Virus record (IMG/VR): IMGVR_UViG_3300042341_001047
Length of the DNA: 64,000 bases
Direction: 5' to 3' (one strand)
DNA from: a virus
In this document: piece by piece, positions 17,870 through 27,592 of the stretch
How positions within the stretch are numbered: position 1 is the stretch's first letter
How the letters are laid out: every line of letters starts with the position of its first letter
Position numbers and translations under genes: made by a program
Notes under the pieces: model-generated
What the model was told of the DNA's origin: nothing
Databases searched by the model: none
What the model saw: the letters and a program-made list of their open reading frames with translations, nothing else

Positions 17870-18376
17870 TTAAAAAGGTGTATTATCATCATCTAAACCA
17901 TCACCATAATAAAAATTAAAAGTCAACATTGGTCTACCATCTTTAGCATACCAAATTTCAAATTCAGAATCATATTGTGCTAAGGTATCTCTTTTAAGTT
18001 TTTTAGCAACTTCAAATACTCTTATTACATCTCTTAATCTTTCCTTTTCATTCATAAAAGCAACAATAGAAATATCTAAATCATCATTTGTTATCTCAAC
18101 TTCAACTCCAGTATTTTTGAACATTAATCTAAGAAGATATAGTAAATGACCAAACTGACCATCATCTTCTGAATCATCATCTTCATCGTCATCTTCATAT
18201 GAATAGTCTTCTTCATCATCTGTTAGTTTCTTATAACCTTTATCATCATAAAATTCATCGTCATCATCATCGTCATCACCATCTGTACTTGGATAATTAG
18301 GTCTTCCAAAAAGAGAGTCATCATCATCATCCCAACGACCTTCATTTACTATTTGTGTATACTTTTTAATTTTCAT
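17870..18376 (-). CDS. acidic protein with capsid-targeting-like N-terminus
   Basis: MKIKKYTQIVNE followed by poly-Asp tracts. Confidence 0.6.
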   Translation of the reverse strand: MKIKKYTQIVNEGRWDDDDDSLFGRPNYPSTDGDDDDDDDEFYDDKGYKKLTDDEEDYSYEDDDEDDDSEDDGQFGHLLYLLRLMFKNTGVEVEITNDDLDISIVAFMNEKERLRDVIRVFEVAKKLKRDTLAQYDSEFEIWYAKDGRPMLTFNFYYGDGLDDDNTPF

Positions 18377-19737
18377 TATTTTAGTTCTATTTTTAGGTAA
18401 GTTTCATCAAAGAAAGCAGTATCTTCTATCTTATATTTCTTTAATATAACAGATAAAGATGTTAATGAATCATAAATTTCTTCAATAGCACCATCTTCTA
18501 AATCACATTGTAAAGAAACACCACCACCATCTTCACGGACAACTTTAACATCTATAGCAAATGCTGACTTTTTAAGTTCTGATATTAAACTACCATGTTT
18601 TCTTAAAACTTCTTCATCTAAACCAATTTTTCTAACAGTTGGAAGAGAATTCCAATCAACACCAATACTTGCCTTAGCAAGTTTTTCTAAATATGTAATA
18701 TTTTGATACTCATCTGCAGTGTGTTCATGCATATATCCAACAGAAACATTAGTACATTCTGATATTTCTTCTAAAAATGATGCTGAATCGGTATAAACAC
18801 CTGTTGGATCTAAAGATAAATCCATACCTTGTTTATTATACTCTTTACAAAGAGCTGTTCCAAAATCATTCGAACAACAAACTCTACCTAATTGAGATGT
18901 TATAACTGAGTGATAGTTTCTTCTATCAAAAGAAACACATCTCTTAATATCTTTAAGATAATCAACCTCATCATAAACTGATGAAAGTAATCCAGAACCG
19001 ATTCCACCTCTTTCTTCACCAATAAAGAAATAATAAAGACCTGGTACATTATGAGCCATCATATATAACATAACAGCCACACCAGCTTTATCATCAGCTC
19101 CTAATATAGAATTACCATCGGTAATAATATATTCTTCACCTTTTTCTTCACTTGAATAAAGTTTTGTTATTTTTTGTTCTCTATCAGCAGTATCTAAGTG
19201 AGAAGTAAACATAGTTTGTGGTTTTGAATCTCCTATTATTTTATAATAGTTACCAACGATATCTTCTTCTAATTTTGGAAGAAATTGTAAAACTTCTTTT
19301 TCATAACGATTATCTGCAAAGTGAGGGTATGTTTTAGTAACTAATGAAAGGAAAGTGCTTCTTACATCTTTTGGATTGTATTTAAAATCTTCAACTTTAA
19401 TTAAATTACCATCAATTGGTTCACCAGCAGATAAAGAGTTATACATTCTAAGAAAATCATTAACATCGGAAGGACTTAATAGACTTCTAAAGTAATATTT
19501 AATAAAATTTGATATAGGCATTGGTGTCACTTTACCATCAATAGTAACATCAAATGAATTTTTCTTTTTAGAAACACTAACCGTTTCAATTCTTAATCCA
19601 TTATGATATTTAGCAGATATTTCACCTAGCCAAAGTAGCTCAAATGCTACATAATTATTTGCATCTTCCAGTTCTTTAAGAATACTTTCTAACTCTTTTG
19701 TATAAGTAACTCTTACTGATTTTTTATCTTCTGCCAT
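18376..19737 (-). CDS. second M28-type zinc peptidase with N-terminal extension
   Basis: SHLDT, LGADDKAG, GEERG, SFDRR; late motif upstream. Confidence 0.8.
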   Translation of the reverse strand: MAEDKKSVRVTYTKELESILKELEDANNYVAFELLWLGEISAKYHNGLRIETVSVSKKKNSFDVTIDGKVTPMPISNFIKYYFRSLLSPSDVNDFLRMYNSLSAGEPIDGNLIKVEDFKYNPKDVRSTFLSLVTKTYPHFADNRYEKEVLQFLPKLEEDIVGNYYKIIGDSKPQTMFTSHLDTADREQKITKLYSSEEKGEEYIITDGNSILGADDKAGVAVMLYMMAHNVPGLYYFFIGEERGGIGSGLLSSVYDEVDYLKDIKRCVSFDRRNYHSVITSQLGRVCCSNDFGTALCKEYNKQGMDLSLDPTGVYTDSASFLEEISECTNVSVGYMHEHTADEYQNITYLEKLAKASIGVDWNSLPTVRKIGLDEEVLRKHGSLISELKKSAFAIDVKVVREDGGGVSLQCDLEDGAIEEIYDSLTSLSVILKKYKIEDTAFFDETYLKIELK

Positions 19738-19773
19738 TTATAAAAATATTTTTATTATGTTATATATTAATTA

Positions 19774-20163
19774 TTAAACTTGAATTTCATAAGAATTTGT
19801 ATAATCAACTTTAACTTGACCATCATTCATGTTTGGTTCTTTCTTAACAAACCTTCTTTGACAATAAACTACAGTAGCCTTACTATCTTTAGATGCTTTA
19901 CTATTTTTCTTAGCCAATTCAGCTGCTTTTTTAATAACCGAATCAATAGGAAGATTTTCTCTAACTCTAATAACAACATGAGAACCCGGAACACCTTTAA
20001 CGTGCATCCAAATATCTTCTTTATCAGCTATATTAAATGTTAAGTGGTCATTAGATTTAGCATCTTTACCTACATAGACAACAAATCCGTCTATATCTAA
20101 TTTTTGTATATTAGGGAATTTATCTTTTTTACCCTCGAATAGTGAAAATTGTTTTATAATCAT
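19774..20163 (-). CDS. stand-alone NFACT-R (DUF814) RNA-binding domain protein
   Basis: VGKDAKSNDHLT...DIWMHVKGVPGSHVVI...AAELA..NSK. Confidence 0.85.
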   Translation of the reverse strand: MIIKQFSLFEGKKDKFPNIQKLDIDGFVVYVGKDAKSNDHLTFNIADKEDIWMHVKGVPGSHVVIRVRENLPIDSVIKKAAELAKKNSKASKDSKATVVYCQRRFVKKEPNMNDGQVKVDYTNSYEIQV

Positions 20164-20188
20164 ATACTATATATAAACTATTTAAAAC

Positions 20189-20218
20189 AAAAAAAGACCC
20201 AAGAAGGGTCTTTTTTTT
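20189..20218 (-). terminator. terminator after MCP
   Basis: AAAAAAGACCC-AAGAA-GGGTCTTTTTTT. Confidence 0.7.
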
Positions 20219-20236
20219 AATATTTCAATCAAACTA

Positions 20237-21988
20237 TTAGTTCAATAACTGAGCAGCGTCAGTAACTGTAATAGTCATAAATTGTTTTTGTGGATACCAA
20301 CCAACTTCAGTTACTGCGTATCTTGAACGTAACAACATTCTTGGTGCGAATGTAGCTTCAGAGATTACAGAAATAGACTGAGCCATTAAGTAAGGTACGA
20401 AAATGATACCTGGTTGGTCAGGGTTATTCTTACGACCTAATACGATTCTGTTATCGTTATATCTCATATATGGATCTACATAGATAGAGATGTCTCCGAT
20501 TGAACCTACAGGGTATAATTGACCTTGTCCGTTTAATTTAGATTTAACTGGGTTAATTGTGTAACCAGCGATATCTTGAAGAGCTGCAGCTAAACCTCCG
20601 TTTGTGATAAGGTATTGAGCAGGTCCTACACGACCTTCAGTCGCGATATAGTTCGAAGCGTGAGCAATCTTAGTGATTAACTTTCTTTGAACAGCGTGAG
20701 TTGTTTCACCACCAACATAACCTGATGTTTGATTAGCATAAGCTGTATTCAAGTCAAAGATTGTTGTTCCTGTACCAACAGCACCACTAGATAATGGAGC
20801 ACTAGCCGCGTTTAATGTACCCATTTCGAAGATTTTAGCAACGATTTGTTTAGAGATTGTTTGAGACAACTCATTAACAAGGATAGATTCCATTTTTTGA
20901 ACGATATCCATACCTGTATTAGCTTTGATATCTTCAATTTCAGTTCTTCTAAGAGCTGAAGATACTTCGATAGTACCAACTGCTACAGTTTTAGAAGAGA
21001 TTTTTGGTCCGATAACACCAGCATATGAATCATCATCTGACTGACGAGACATTGGGTAAGAACCAGCAGCACCAGTACCAGCTGTCCAGTTTGCAGAGAA
21101 ACCTGGGATATGGTCTTCTAAAGCAGATACCAATTCGATAGTTTTTGTTCCAGCAACAACATTACCCGTAATAGTAGAGTAAGTACCTACTTGAGTAATT
21201 TGGTCAATCATAGATTGAGTTGGGTTAAAAGTGTTTCTTGCTTGGTCAAATGCCCAAAGTGTAGATGTTCCACTTGCTAAAGCTGTAGCAGTATGAGCTG
21301 TGTTAGCTTGTCTGTAAGCTCTGAAGATTGGGAAACCATCGATACGAGAGAAACCTAAGAACTCAGCAGTACCTCTTTTATCAGCATTTTCTTGACTAGT
21401 TACAGTAACTGTACCAGCGATAGCTGAAGAAGCATTAAGAGATATCCAAACTCTACCGTTTGCTAAACCACCTGTAGTTTCATTGATTGAATTAGTAGCT
21501 AAGAAAGCTCTAATTGATCTTTGAATAGATGCGTTTTCTGGACAATTTAATTTGAAAACTTGTGGTCTTTCATCAGCACCATTAACTGAACGAACGTCAT
21601 CATATTGAAAATCAATATAAAGTAAGTCGATTTTTGGACCTGGAGTTGGTTTAACAGCTACTAAATCTAAACCGATTGTTTGAGCTGCAATTTTCATTGC
21701 TACTGGTAACAAGTTTTGACCTACGTCTCCTGAACCAAGTGATCCACCGTTTCCGTTTCCAGACCAGTTACTACCTAGTAAAGAACCAGCTAATGAAGAT
21801 GGTTGAGCAGCTGTAACAGCTCCCATACCTGCAACGTTAGAAGCGTTAACATACGCATTCTCGTTGATTGAGTGATATTCAGCCATTTCTGACATCCATT
21901 CAACTCTTTCAGCAGATACACCCATGTTTTCCAATACTGGAGTCCACTTCTTAACTGCTTTTTGTTTGTCTATTCTAATGTGTGACAT
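20237..21988 (-). CDS. major capsid protein (gp23-like)
   Basis: KKWTPVLE, DLVAVKP, YVDPY, FVPY and FAPRMLLRSRYAV; strongly biased codons; next to prohead protease. Confidence 0.9.
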   Translation of the reverse strand: MSHIRIDKQKAVKKWTPVLENMGVSAERVEWMSEMAEYHSINENAYVNASNVAGMGAVTAAQPSSLAGSLLGSNWSGNGNGGSLGSGDVGQNLLPVAMKIAAQTIGLDLVAVKPTPGPKIDLLYIDFQYDDVRSVNGADERPQVFKLNCPENASIQRSIRAFLATNSINETTGGLANGRVWISLNASSAIAGTVTVTSQENADKRGTAEFLGFSRIDGFPIFRAYRQANTAHTATALASGTSTLWAFDQARNTFNPTQSMIDQITQVGTYSTITGNVVAGTKTIELVSALEDHIPGFSANWTAGTGAAGSYPMSRQSDDDSYAGVIGPKISSKTVAVGTIEVSSALRRTEIEDIKANTGMDIVQKMESILVNELSQTISKQIVAKIFEMGTLNAASAPLSSGAVGTGTTIFDLNTAYANQTSGYVGGETTHAVQRKLITKIAHASNYIATEGRVGPAQYLITNGGLAAALQDIAGYTINPVKSKLNGQGQLYPVGSIGDISIYVDPYMRYNDNRIVLGRKNNPDQPGIIFVPYLMAQSISVISEATFAPRMLLRSRYAVTEVGWYPQKQFMTITVTDAAQLLN

Positions 21989-22016
21989 AATTTAATTTTT
22001 ATTTTTTTTTGTTATC

Positions 22017-22068
22017 TATATATAACCCTTGTTTTATCTACTTTTCGGAGATGTGGATTTTTTATAGA
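22017..22068 (-). promoter_or_regulatory. late promoter with upstream TCTATAAAAAATCCAC box
   Basis: TTATATATA 22025..22017; box 22068..22053. Confidence 0.55.
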
Positions 22069-24186
22069 TTAGATGTTTTTGAATCTTTCCATAATAGCAG
22101 TAACATCATTATCAGAAAGTTTATCTTCTTGTATAAGACTTTCGTGTGATACTAACTTTTTAGTTACAGATTCATTTGTTTTAAGCTTTCTAGTTGCCCA
22201 GAAGTGCTCAACTTGAGATTCGTTCATTAAAACTTCAGCTGGGTAAAGTCTAGCTTGTGATAAGATAGATTTTTTAGCAGATTCATTCATTTGACTCCAG
22301 ATAGCCTTAGTGTTTTCAGGCATTAATCTGATTACTCTTTCTTCAAGTGTTTCATTCTTTGTTGATAATGCTTCAGCAATTAGACCTAATACATCTTTGG
22401 ATGTGAAATAACTTCTCTCGTTTATGTGAAGTTTAACAGATTCCTGTTCTTCGTCTGATAGTGCATAAAAGCTATCTACTTGTGACTTGTTTAAGAATTT
22501 TAAGAAATTCAAGTCTGTAGATTCAGAAACTTTACGTTTTTTAGCTTCTTCTATTAATTTATTAATTGATTCAGATAATTCAGAATCTTCATGTCCACCA
22601 ACTTCATAGTTATGTGAATGAACTTCTTCTTCATTTTCTTCATTTTCATTTTCTTCTTCATTTTCCATATTGTAAGCCTCTTCTTCGTGAGCTGAAGGAA
22701 CACCATTGTATTCTTCTTCATCTTCTTCAGTAGCGTTAGGTCCACAATTTTCATCTTCTTCAGCATCTTCGAAACCAGCAGCTTGTAATGAAGGGAAAGC
22801 TTCTTCTTCATTTGATTCAAATAATTTACCACCTTTAGAATTTAATTTTTCAACGATTAATCCTTGGTAAGAAATTGATTTGTCTAAGTTTTCAGCGATA
22901 TATTCTGAATAAGCGATATTATCATCTAAATGTTCAGCGATGTACTCAGAGTAAGCGATGTTACCTTCAACGTGTTCAGCTAAATATTCTGAATAAGCGA
23001 TTGAATTATCAACGTGTTCAGCGATGTACTCACCGTAAGCGATACTTTTATCTAAGTTTTCAGCGATGTACTCAGAGTAAGCGATGTTTTTGTCTAAGTT
23101 TTCAGCTAAATATTCTGAATACTCAATGTTTTTATCCAAATTCTCAGCTAAATACTCAGAATAAGAAATGTTTTTATCCAAATTCTCAGCGATATACTCA
23201 GAATAAGAAATATTTTTATCAAGATTTTCAGCTAAATATTCTGAATACTCGATATTTTTATCTAAGTTTTCAGCCAAATACTCAGAGTAGTTAACAGCCT
23301 TTTCAAGATTTTCGGCTAAATAGTCATTATGTTTAATAAGTTTATTTGTAGTCTCTTTTAAAGACTTATTCTCATTAACCATAATTTGAACTTTCTCAGC
23401 CAAATAATCCAAGTACTTAACAACTTGAGAATTTGTGTTATTTAACTCATCGTAATACTCTAAAAGTTGTTCAAGTTTTTTAGGACTTAAGTTACCTTTA
23501 GAAATTGCACCTTTAACTTCTTTCTTAGTAGAAGCTAATTCTTTAACTAAATATTGAGAATAGTCAGTTAACTGTTGTTTAGTAACAAATTCATTTTTGT
23601 TCATATCAAATAGTTGATTTATTTTGGACTCATCGGACATTTCATATATCCTAAAGTTGGAGTTTTGATTATAACCCAAAGACTCGTTAAGAACCTTCAC
23701 GCTCATCTTAGCCGATGCAAATCCTGGATCAGCTACTATATCATAAGTAAATAATTTCTTTAAGGAAACAGTACCATCTGATTCAGTAATACCAGCCGCT
23801 CTTGAAGAAACAAAAACTGGACAACCATCATCAACTAATGCTTTAGCTTCTTTACCCCAATAGGTACTAAGAAGTCTAATTTCACCACTAACAAGGTTAG
23901 ATTCTTTTACATAATTTGCTTTTGTAATTATGTGAGAAGCTCTAGAAAGAGATGTATCAAAAACATCTGGGTGATCAAACTCACCATAAACAGCACCTAG
24001 ACTGCTCATTCTATCATTCATCTCATTTAAAGCAGGAAGAAATTTGTCAGCAGTATAAATTCTTTCATTACGATTTTTAACACCGAATTCCGTGAATGTA
24101 CCACCAAGTATATAATCTTTCTTACCATTGACACTTTCTCTTATAAGAGCATTTGTCGAATTTTCTACAATTAAAACTGGTTTCAT
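22069..24186 (-). CDS. prohead protease (gp21-like) fused to scaffold
   Basis: NRNERIY, GEFDHP, VSSRAAG and TYDIVADPGF, followed by coiled-coil repeats and an acidic region. Confidence 0.88.
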   Translation of the reverse strand: MKPVLIVENSTNALIRESVNGKKDYILGGTFTEFGVKNRNERIYTADKFLPALNEMNDRMSSLGAVYGEFDHPDVFDTSLSRASHIITKANYVKESNLVSGEIRLLSTYWGKEAKALVDDGCPVFVSSRAAGITESDGTVSLKKLFTYDIVADPGFASAKMSVKVLNESLGYNQNSNFRIYEMSDESKINQLFDMNKNEFVTKQQLTDYSQYLVKELASTKKEVKGAISKGNLSPKKLEQLLEYYDELNNTNSQVVKYLDYLAEKVQIMVNENKSLKETTNKLIKHNDYLAENLEKAVNYSEYLAENLDKNIEYSEYLAENLDKNISYSEYIAENLDKNISYSEYLAENLDKNIEYSEYLAENLDKNIAYSEYIAENLDKSIAYGEYIAEHVDNSIAYSEYLAEHVEGNIAYSEYIAEHLDDNIAYSEYIAENLDKSISYQGLIVEKLNSKGGKLFESNEEEAFPSLQAAGFEDAEEDENCGPNATEEDEEEYNGVPSAHEEEAYNMENEEENENEENEEEVHSHNYEVGGHEDSELSESINKLIEEAKKRKVSESTDLNFLKFLNKSQVDSFYALSDEEQESVKLHINERSYFTSKDVLGLIAEALSTKNETLEERVIRLMPENTKAIWSQMNESAKKSILSQARLYPAEVLMNESQVEHFWATRKLKTNESVTKKLVSHESLIQEDKLSDNDVTAIMERFKNI
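22870..23331 (-). repeat. 42-nt (14-aa) coding tandem repeat, about 10 core units
   Basis: YSEY(L/I)AE(N/H)(L/V)DKNI(E/S/A) units. Confidence 0.9.
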
Positions 24187-24214
24187 TTAAATAGTTATTT
24201 TTTAAAATATAGAG

Positions 24215-24366
24215 TATATATTCACTTCAAAAAACCGTTAAAAATAAAGAGTGGATTTTTTACAGAACTTCTACAACAATTGACTTTGTTATACTAAGCA
24301 GGTTCAAAGTAATGTATTTATCGAAATAATGAATATGATTTCCTAAGTGAATGGATTTTTTACAGA
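24215..24366 (-). promoter_or_regulatory. late promoter with two TCTGTAAAAAATCCA boxes
   Basis: GAATATATA 24223..24215; boxes at 24251-24266 and 24351-24366. Confidence 0.55.
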
Positions 24367-24419
24367 GGGGCAGTGATTAACTTAATAAATAATAGAAATT
24401 TTTGCAAATTCGAGGATTT

Positions 24420-24806
24420 ATGATACTAACAAGAGTAATAGATATTAAAATAAATGAATCAAACTTTCAATACTATGAAGATTTGGGATATGATGTAACT
24501 ATTGGGGAAAATATACAAATACCCATAGAGTTAATGTCAAAAGGATCACATTATAAAATAACTTGTAAATGTGATGGATGTGGTATAGAAAAGGATGTAA
24601 TCTTTAAAAACTATATTAAATATGATAATAAGTGGGGTGAATATTATTGTAGAAAATGTTCCGAAGTAAAAAGAAAGAAAACACTAAGAGAAAACTTCGG
24701 AGTTGACTACCCAATACAAAATAAAAAGGTTCTTACTAAGATGAAAAAAACTCTAGTTGAGAAGTATGGTGTAGATAATATCTCAAAGAGAGATAAACAA
24801 AATTAA
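24420..24806 (+). CDS. zinc-binding homing-endonuclease-associated protein without nuclease domain
   Basis: CKCDGCG, CRKC, FGVDYP/YGVDN repeats. Confidence 0.55.
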   Translation: MILTRVIDIKINESNFQYYEDLGYDVTIGENIQIPIELMSKGSHYKITCKCDGCGIEKDVIFKNYIKYDNKWGEYYCRKCSEVKRKKTLRENFGVDYPIQNKKVLTKMKKTLVEKYGVDNISKRDKQN

Positions 24807-24827
24807 ATTCACTAATAGAATAAACAT

Positions 24828-26708
24828 ATGATAGAATTAAAAGAGGGAGATGTATTTGTAGGACAAATAGAATTTTCGACAAACGGAAACGCATCTCTAA
24901 AAATAGAAGAGAAAGAAGTATTCATTTATAAAAAGAATACACTTAACTCATTACACTTAGATAAAGTGAAAATTGAAATATTCAAAGCTGAGAAAAAGCT
25001 AGAAGGAAAAGTTACTGAAGTAGTTTCAAGATATAAGACAGAATTTGTTGGAAAAGTACAAATAGGTAAAAAATCAACATTTGTAATACCAGATAGTAAT
25101 AGAATTCCAGTTGATTTCTATATCAAAGGTGGATTAGTAGCTGAAGATAATCAAAAGGTTATTGTTGAGTTAGTAAAGTGGACTGATAGTAAATCACCAC
25201 AAGGTAAAATAGTTAAAATATTAGGAGATTCTGGTGATAACAACGCTGAGATGAACTCAATTATGTATGAATATAATCTACCTGTTGATTTCCCACAAGA
25301 TGTTATAAATGAGGCTGAATTAGTACCAGAGATTATAACTGAAAAAGAAATTAAATCTCGAAGAGATATGAGAGGTATAACAACCTTAACTATTGACCCA
25401 GTTGATGCTAAAGACTTTGATGATGCTTTATCAGTTAATATAATAAGTGATAATAAAATTGAAGTAGGAGTACACATCGCAGATGTTGCTCATTATGTAA
25501 AACCTGAAACTAAATTAGATGAAGAAGCTTTCAAAAGAGCTACCTCTGTTTATTTAGTGGATAGATGTGTTCCAATGTTACCAGAAAGATTAAGTAATGG
25601 GATATGTTCTCTAAAACCTCACGAAGATAGACTAGCATTCTCTGTTATATTCACATTAGACTATGATGGTAATATATTAGATACTTGGCAAGGAAAAACA
25701 ATAATACACTCTGATAGAAGATACTCATACGAAGAAGCTCAAGAGATAATTGAAGGTGTTGATGGTGATTATAATAAAGAGATAAGAATTTTAGATTCTA
25801 TTGCTAGAAAAATCAGAAAGAAAAGAATTAAAGATGGTTCTATTGAAATGGGAGGCATTGAAGTTAAATTCAAATTAGCACCAGATAACAAGAAACCAAT
25901 TGGTGTTTATTTCAAAGAACAAAAAGAAGCTAATAAATTAATTGAAGAATTTATGTTATTAGCTAATAAATCTGTTGCTAAGACACTTTCAACAGCTGGA
26001 TGGGCAAATGTATATAGAGTTCACGATACACCTAATATCGATAAGTTAAATGAATTGGTTGGAATTTGCAACACATTTAAATACGAATTAGATGTAGATG
26101 TAGAGTCGAATGACTTGAAGAAGTCACTTAACAATTTACTAGTTCAGATTAAAGGAACACCTGAAGAGAATATGATAGAAACATTAGTTACTAGATGTAT
26201 GTCTAAGGCTACTTATACAATCAAGAACATAGGACACTATGGTTTAGGATTTACACACTATTCACACTTTACAAGTCCAATTAGAAGATATCCTGATTTA
26301 ATCACACATAGAATTTTATTTGATTTCTTAAATAAAGGAAAACAGGGAAACCCTGGTAAAGTTGAAGACCAAGCTAAATGGTGTTCATCCCGTGAATTGA
26401 TTGCTGCTAAAGCTCAAAGAGATTCTATTAAATATAAACAAGCTGAATATCTTTTAGATAAAATCGGAAAAGTATTTGATGGAATCGTATCAGGAGTAAG
26501 TGATTGGGGTATGTATGTTGAATTAACCGAAAGTAAATGTGAAGGAATGGTTAGATATCAAACATTAGAAGGTAAATGGTCAGTTGATACAAATAACTAT
26601 ACTATAACTAATGAATTAGGTGATAAAATCAGATTAGGAGATCCTGTTAAAGTTGTAGTTAAATCAGTAGACTTAGAAAGAAAACAAATAGATTTCACAA
26701 TATTTTAA
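24828..26708 (+). CDS. rnr: ribonuclease R
   Basis: TIDPVDAKDFDDA, HIADV, HFTSPIRRYPDL and C-terminal S1 domain. Confidence 0.92.
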   Translation: MIELKEGDVFVGQIEFSTNGNASLKIEEKEVFIYKKNTLNSLHLDKVKIEIFKAEKKLEGKVTEVVSRYKTEFVGKVQIGKKSTFVIPDSNRIPVDFYIKGGLVAEDNQKVIVELVKWTDSKSPQGKIVKILGDSGDNNAEMNSIMYEYNLPVDFPQDVINEAELVPEIITEKEIKSRRDMRGITTLTIDPVDAKDFDDALSVNIISDNKIEVGVHIADVAHYVKPETKLDEEAFKRATSVYLVDRCVPMLPERLSNGICSLKPHEDRLAFSVIFTLDYDGNILDTWQGKTIIHSDRRYSYEEAQEIIEGVDGDYNKEIRILDSIARKIRKKRIKDGSIEMGGIEVKFKLAPDNKKPIGVYFKEQKEANKLIEEFMLLANKSVAKTLSTAGWANVYRVHDTPNIDKLNELVGICNTFKYELDVDVESNDLKKSLNNLLVQIKGTPEENMIETLVTRCMSKATYTIKNIGHYGLGFTHYSHFTSPIRRYPDLITHRILFDFLNKGKQGNPGKVEDQAKWCSSRELIAAKAQRDSIKYKQAEYLLDKIGKVFDGIVSGVSDWGMYVELTESKCEGMVRYQTLEGKWSVDTNNYTITNELGDKIRLGDPVKVVVKSVDLERKQIDFTIF

Positions 26709-27158
26709 ATGGATGGTTGGAGTGTAACAAAGTCTTTTAATATTAAATTAGATAATAATAATTTAGAACAATACGAGAAACTATTATCTAATTTTAGTAA
26801 TTGGAAAGAATATAAAAGAGATATTAAACTAAATTCAATTTTAGAAGATAAAAAGATTGAATTTACTTTAGATATATCCGCACATTCTCTTGGTGTTATG
26901 TATGTAAATGTTGTAACAGATGATAATTATGACTATGATGTTCTTAAAAAATCATCATCTGCTATAAAGTTTATGAAATTTATACTCAAAGGTAATAATG
27001 TTTTAGAATTAGAAATAACAATTAAAACAATGACTACTGAATGGGGTAAGATTATCAGAAACTTAATTGAATCAGGAGTTGAACTAGAACTCAGACAAAA
27101 CATAGTAGATAATCAAGTCAAATCTTTCTACTTTACATATCCAAAAATGACAGCATGA
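26709..27158 (+). CDS. inactive prohead protease paralog with tag
   Basis: EITIKTMTTEWGKIIRNLIESGVEL vs protease GEIRLLSTYWGKEAKALVDDGCPV; no GExxHP or SSR; KRDIKLNSIL near the N-terminus. Confidence 0.6.
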   Translation: MDGWSVTKSFNIKLDNNNLEQYEKLLSNFSNWKEYKRDIKLNSILEDKKIEFTLDISAHSLGVMYVNVVTDDNYDYDVLKKSSSAIKFMKFILKGNNVLELEITIKTMTTEWGKIIRNLIESGVELELRQNIVDNQVKSFYFTYPKMTA

Positions 27159-27592
27159 TGAAATTTATCAACATATTAACAGAAGCCAATCAGGACTATT
27201 TAAATGAAATCATAGATAAAATGTCTATTTCTGAGATTGAATATATCGAATCTTTATATTCCAAATTTAGTGCAATTGAATACATAGATGATAATGATAA
27301 TGAATGTATGTTTGCTATATTAGATGATAACCTATTAGTAGACATATCAAATCTATATAAAAAATATGGAATAAAATTCAAAGTGGTGGATTTATCAACT
27401 GATATATTTTTCGACAACCACTTTGATGTTCTTTTTGAAAATAATATTGGACAAGATATGTCTAATATCATACTTAAATTAATATTAAGTTTCAAAGAAG
27501 ATTTTACTACAAAGGATATTGTTCTTGATAAAATATTAAGTAAAGGAATATCCAGTCTTACAAAATTTGATAAAGAGATTCTAGATAACTAG
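27155..27592 (+). CDS. hypothetical protein with DUF6576-like C-terminus
   Basis: DIVLDKILSKGISSLTKFDKEIL. Confidence 0.55.
   Translation: MMKFINILTEANQDYLNEIIDKMSISEIEYIESLYSKFSAIEYIDDNDNECMFAILDDNLLVDISNLYKKYGIKFKVVDLSTDIFFDNHFDVLFENNIGQDMSNIILKLILSFKEDFTTKDIVLDKILSKGISSLTKFDKEILDN

Noticed and set aside
705-20043. ORFs 705+, 1943+, 8604+, 8919+, 13030-, 13779-, 16947- and 19780+
   Set aside because: They overlap stronger genes and have no recognisable motifs.
22870-23331. 42-nt repeats as a CRISPR array
   Set aside because: No unique spacers; variation is mostly synonymous within an in-frame coding repeat.
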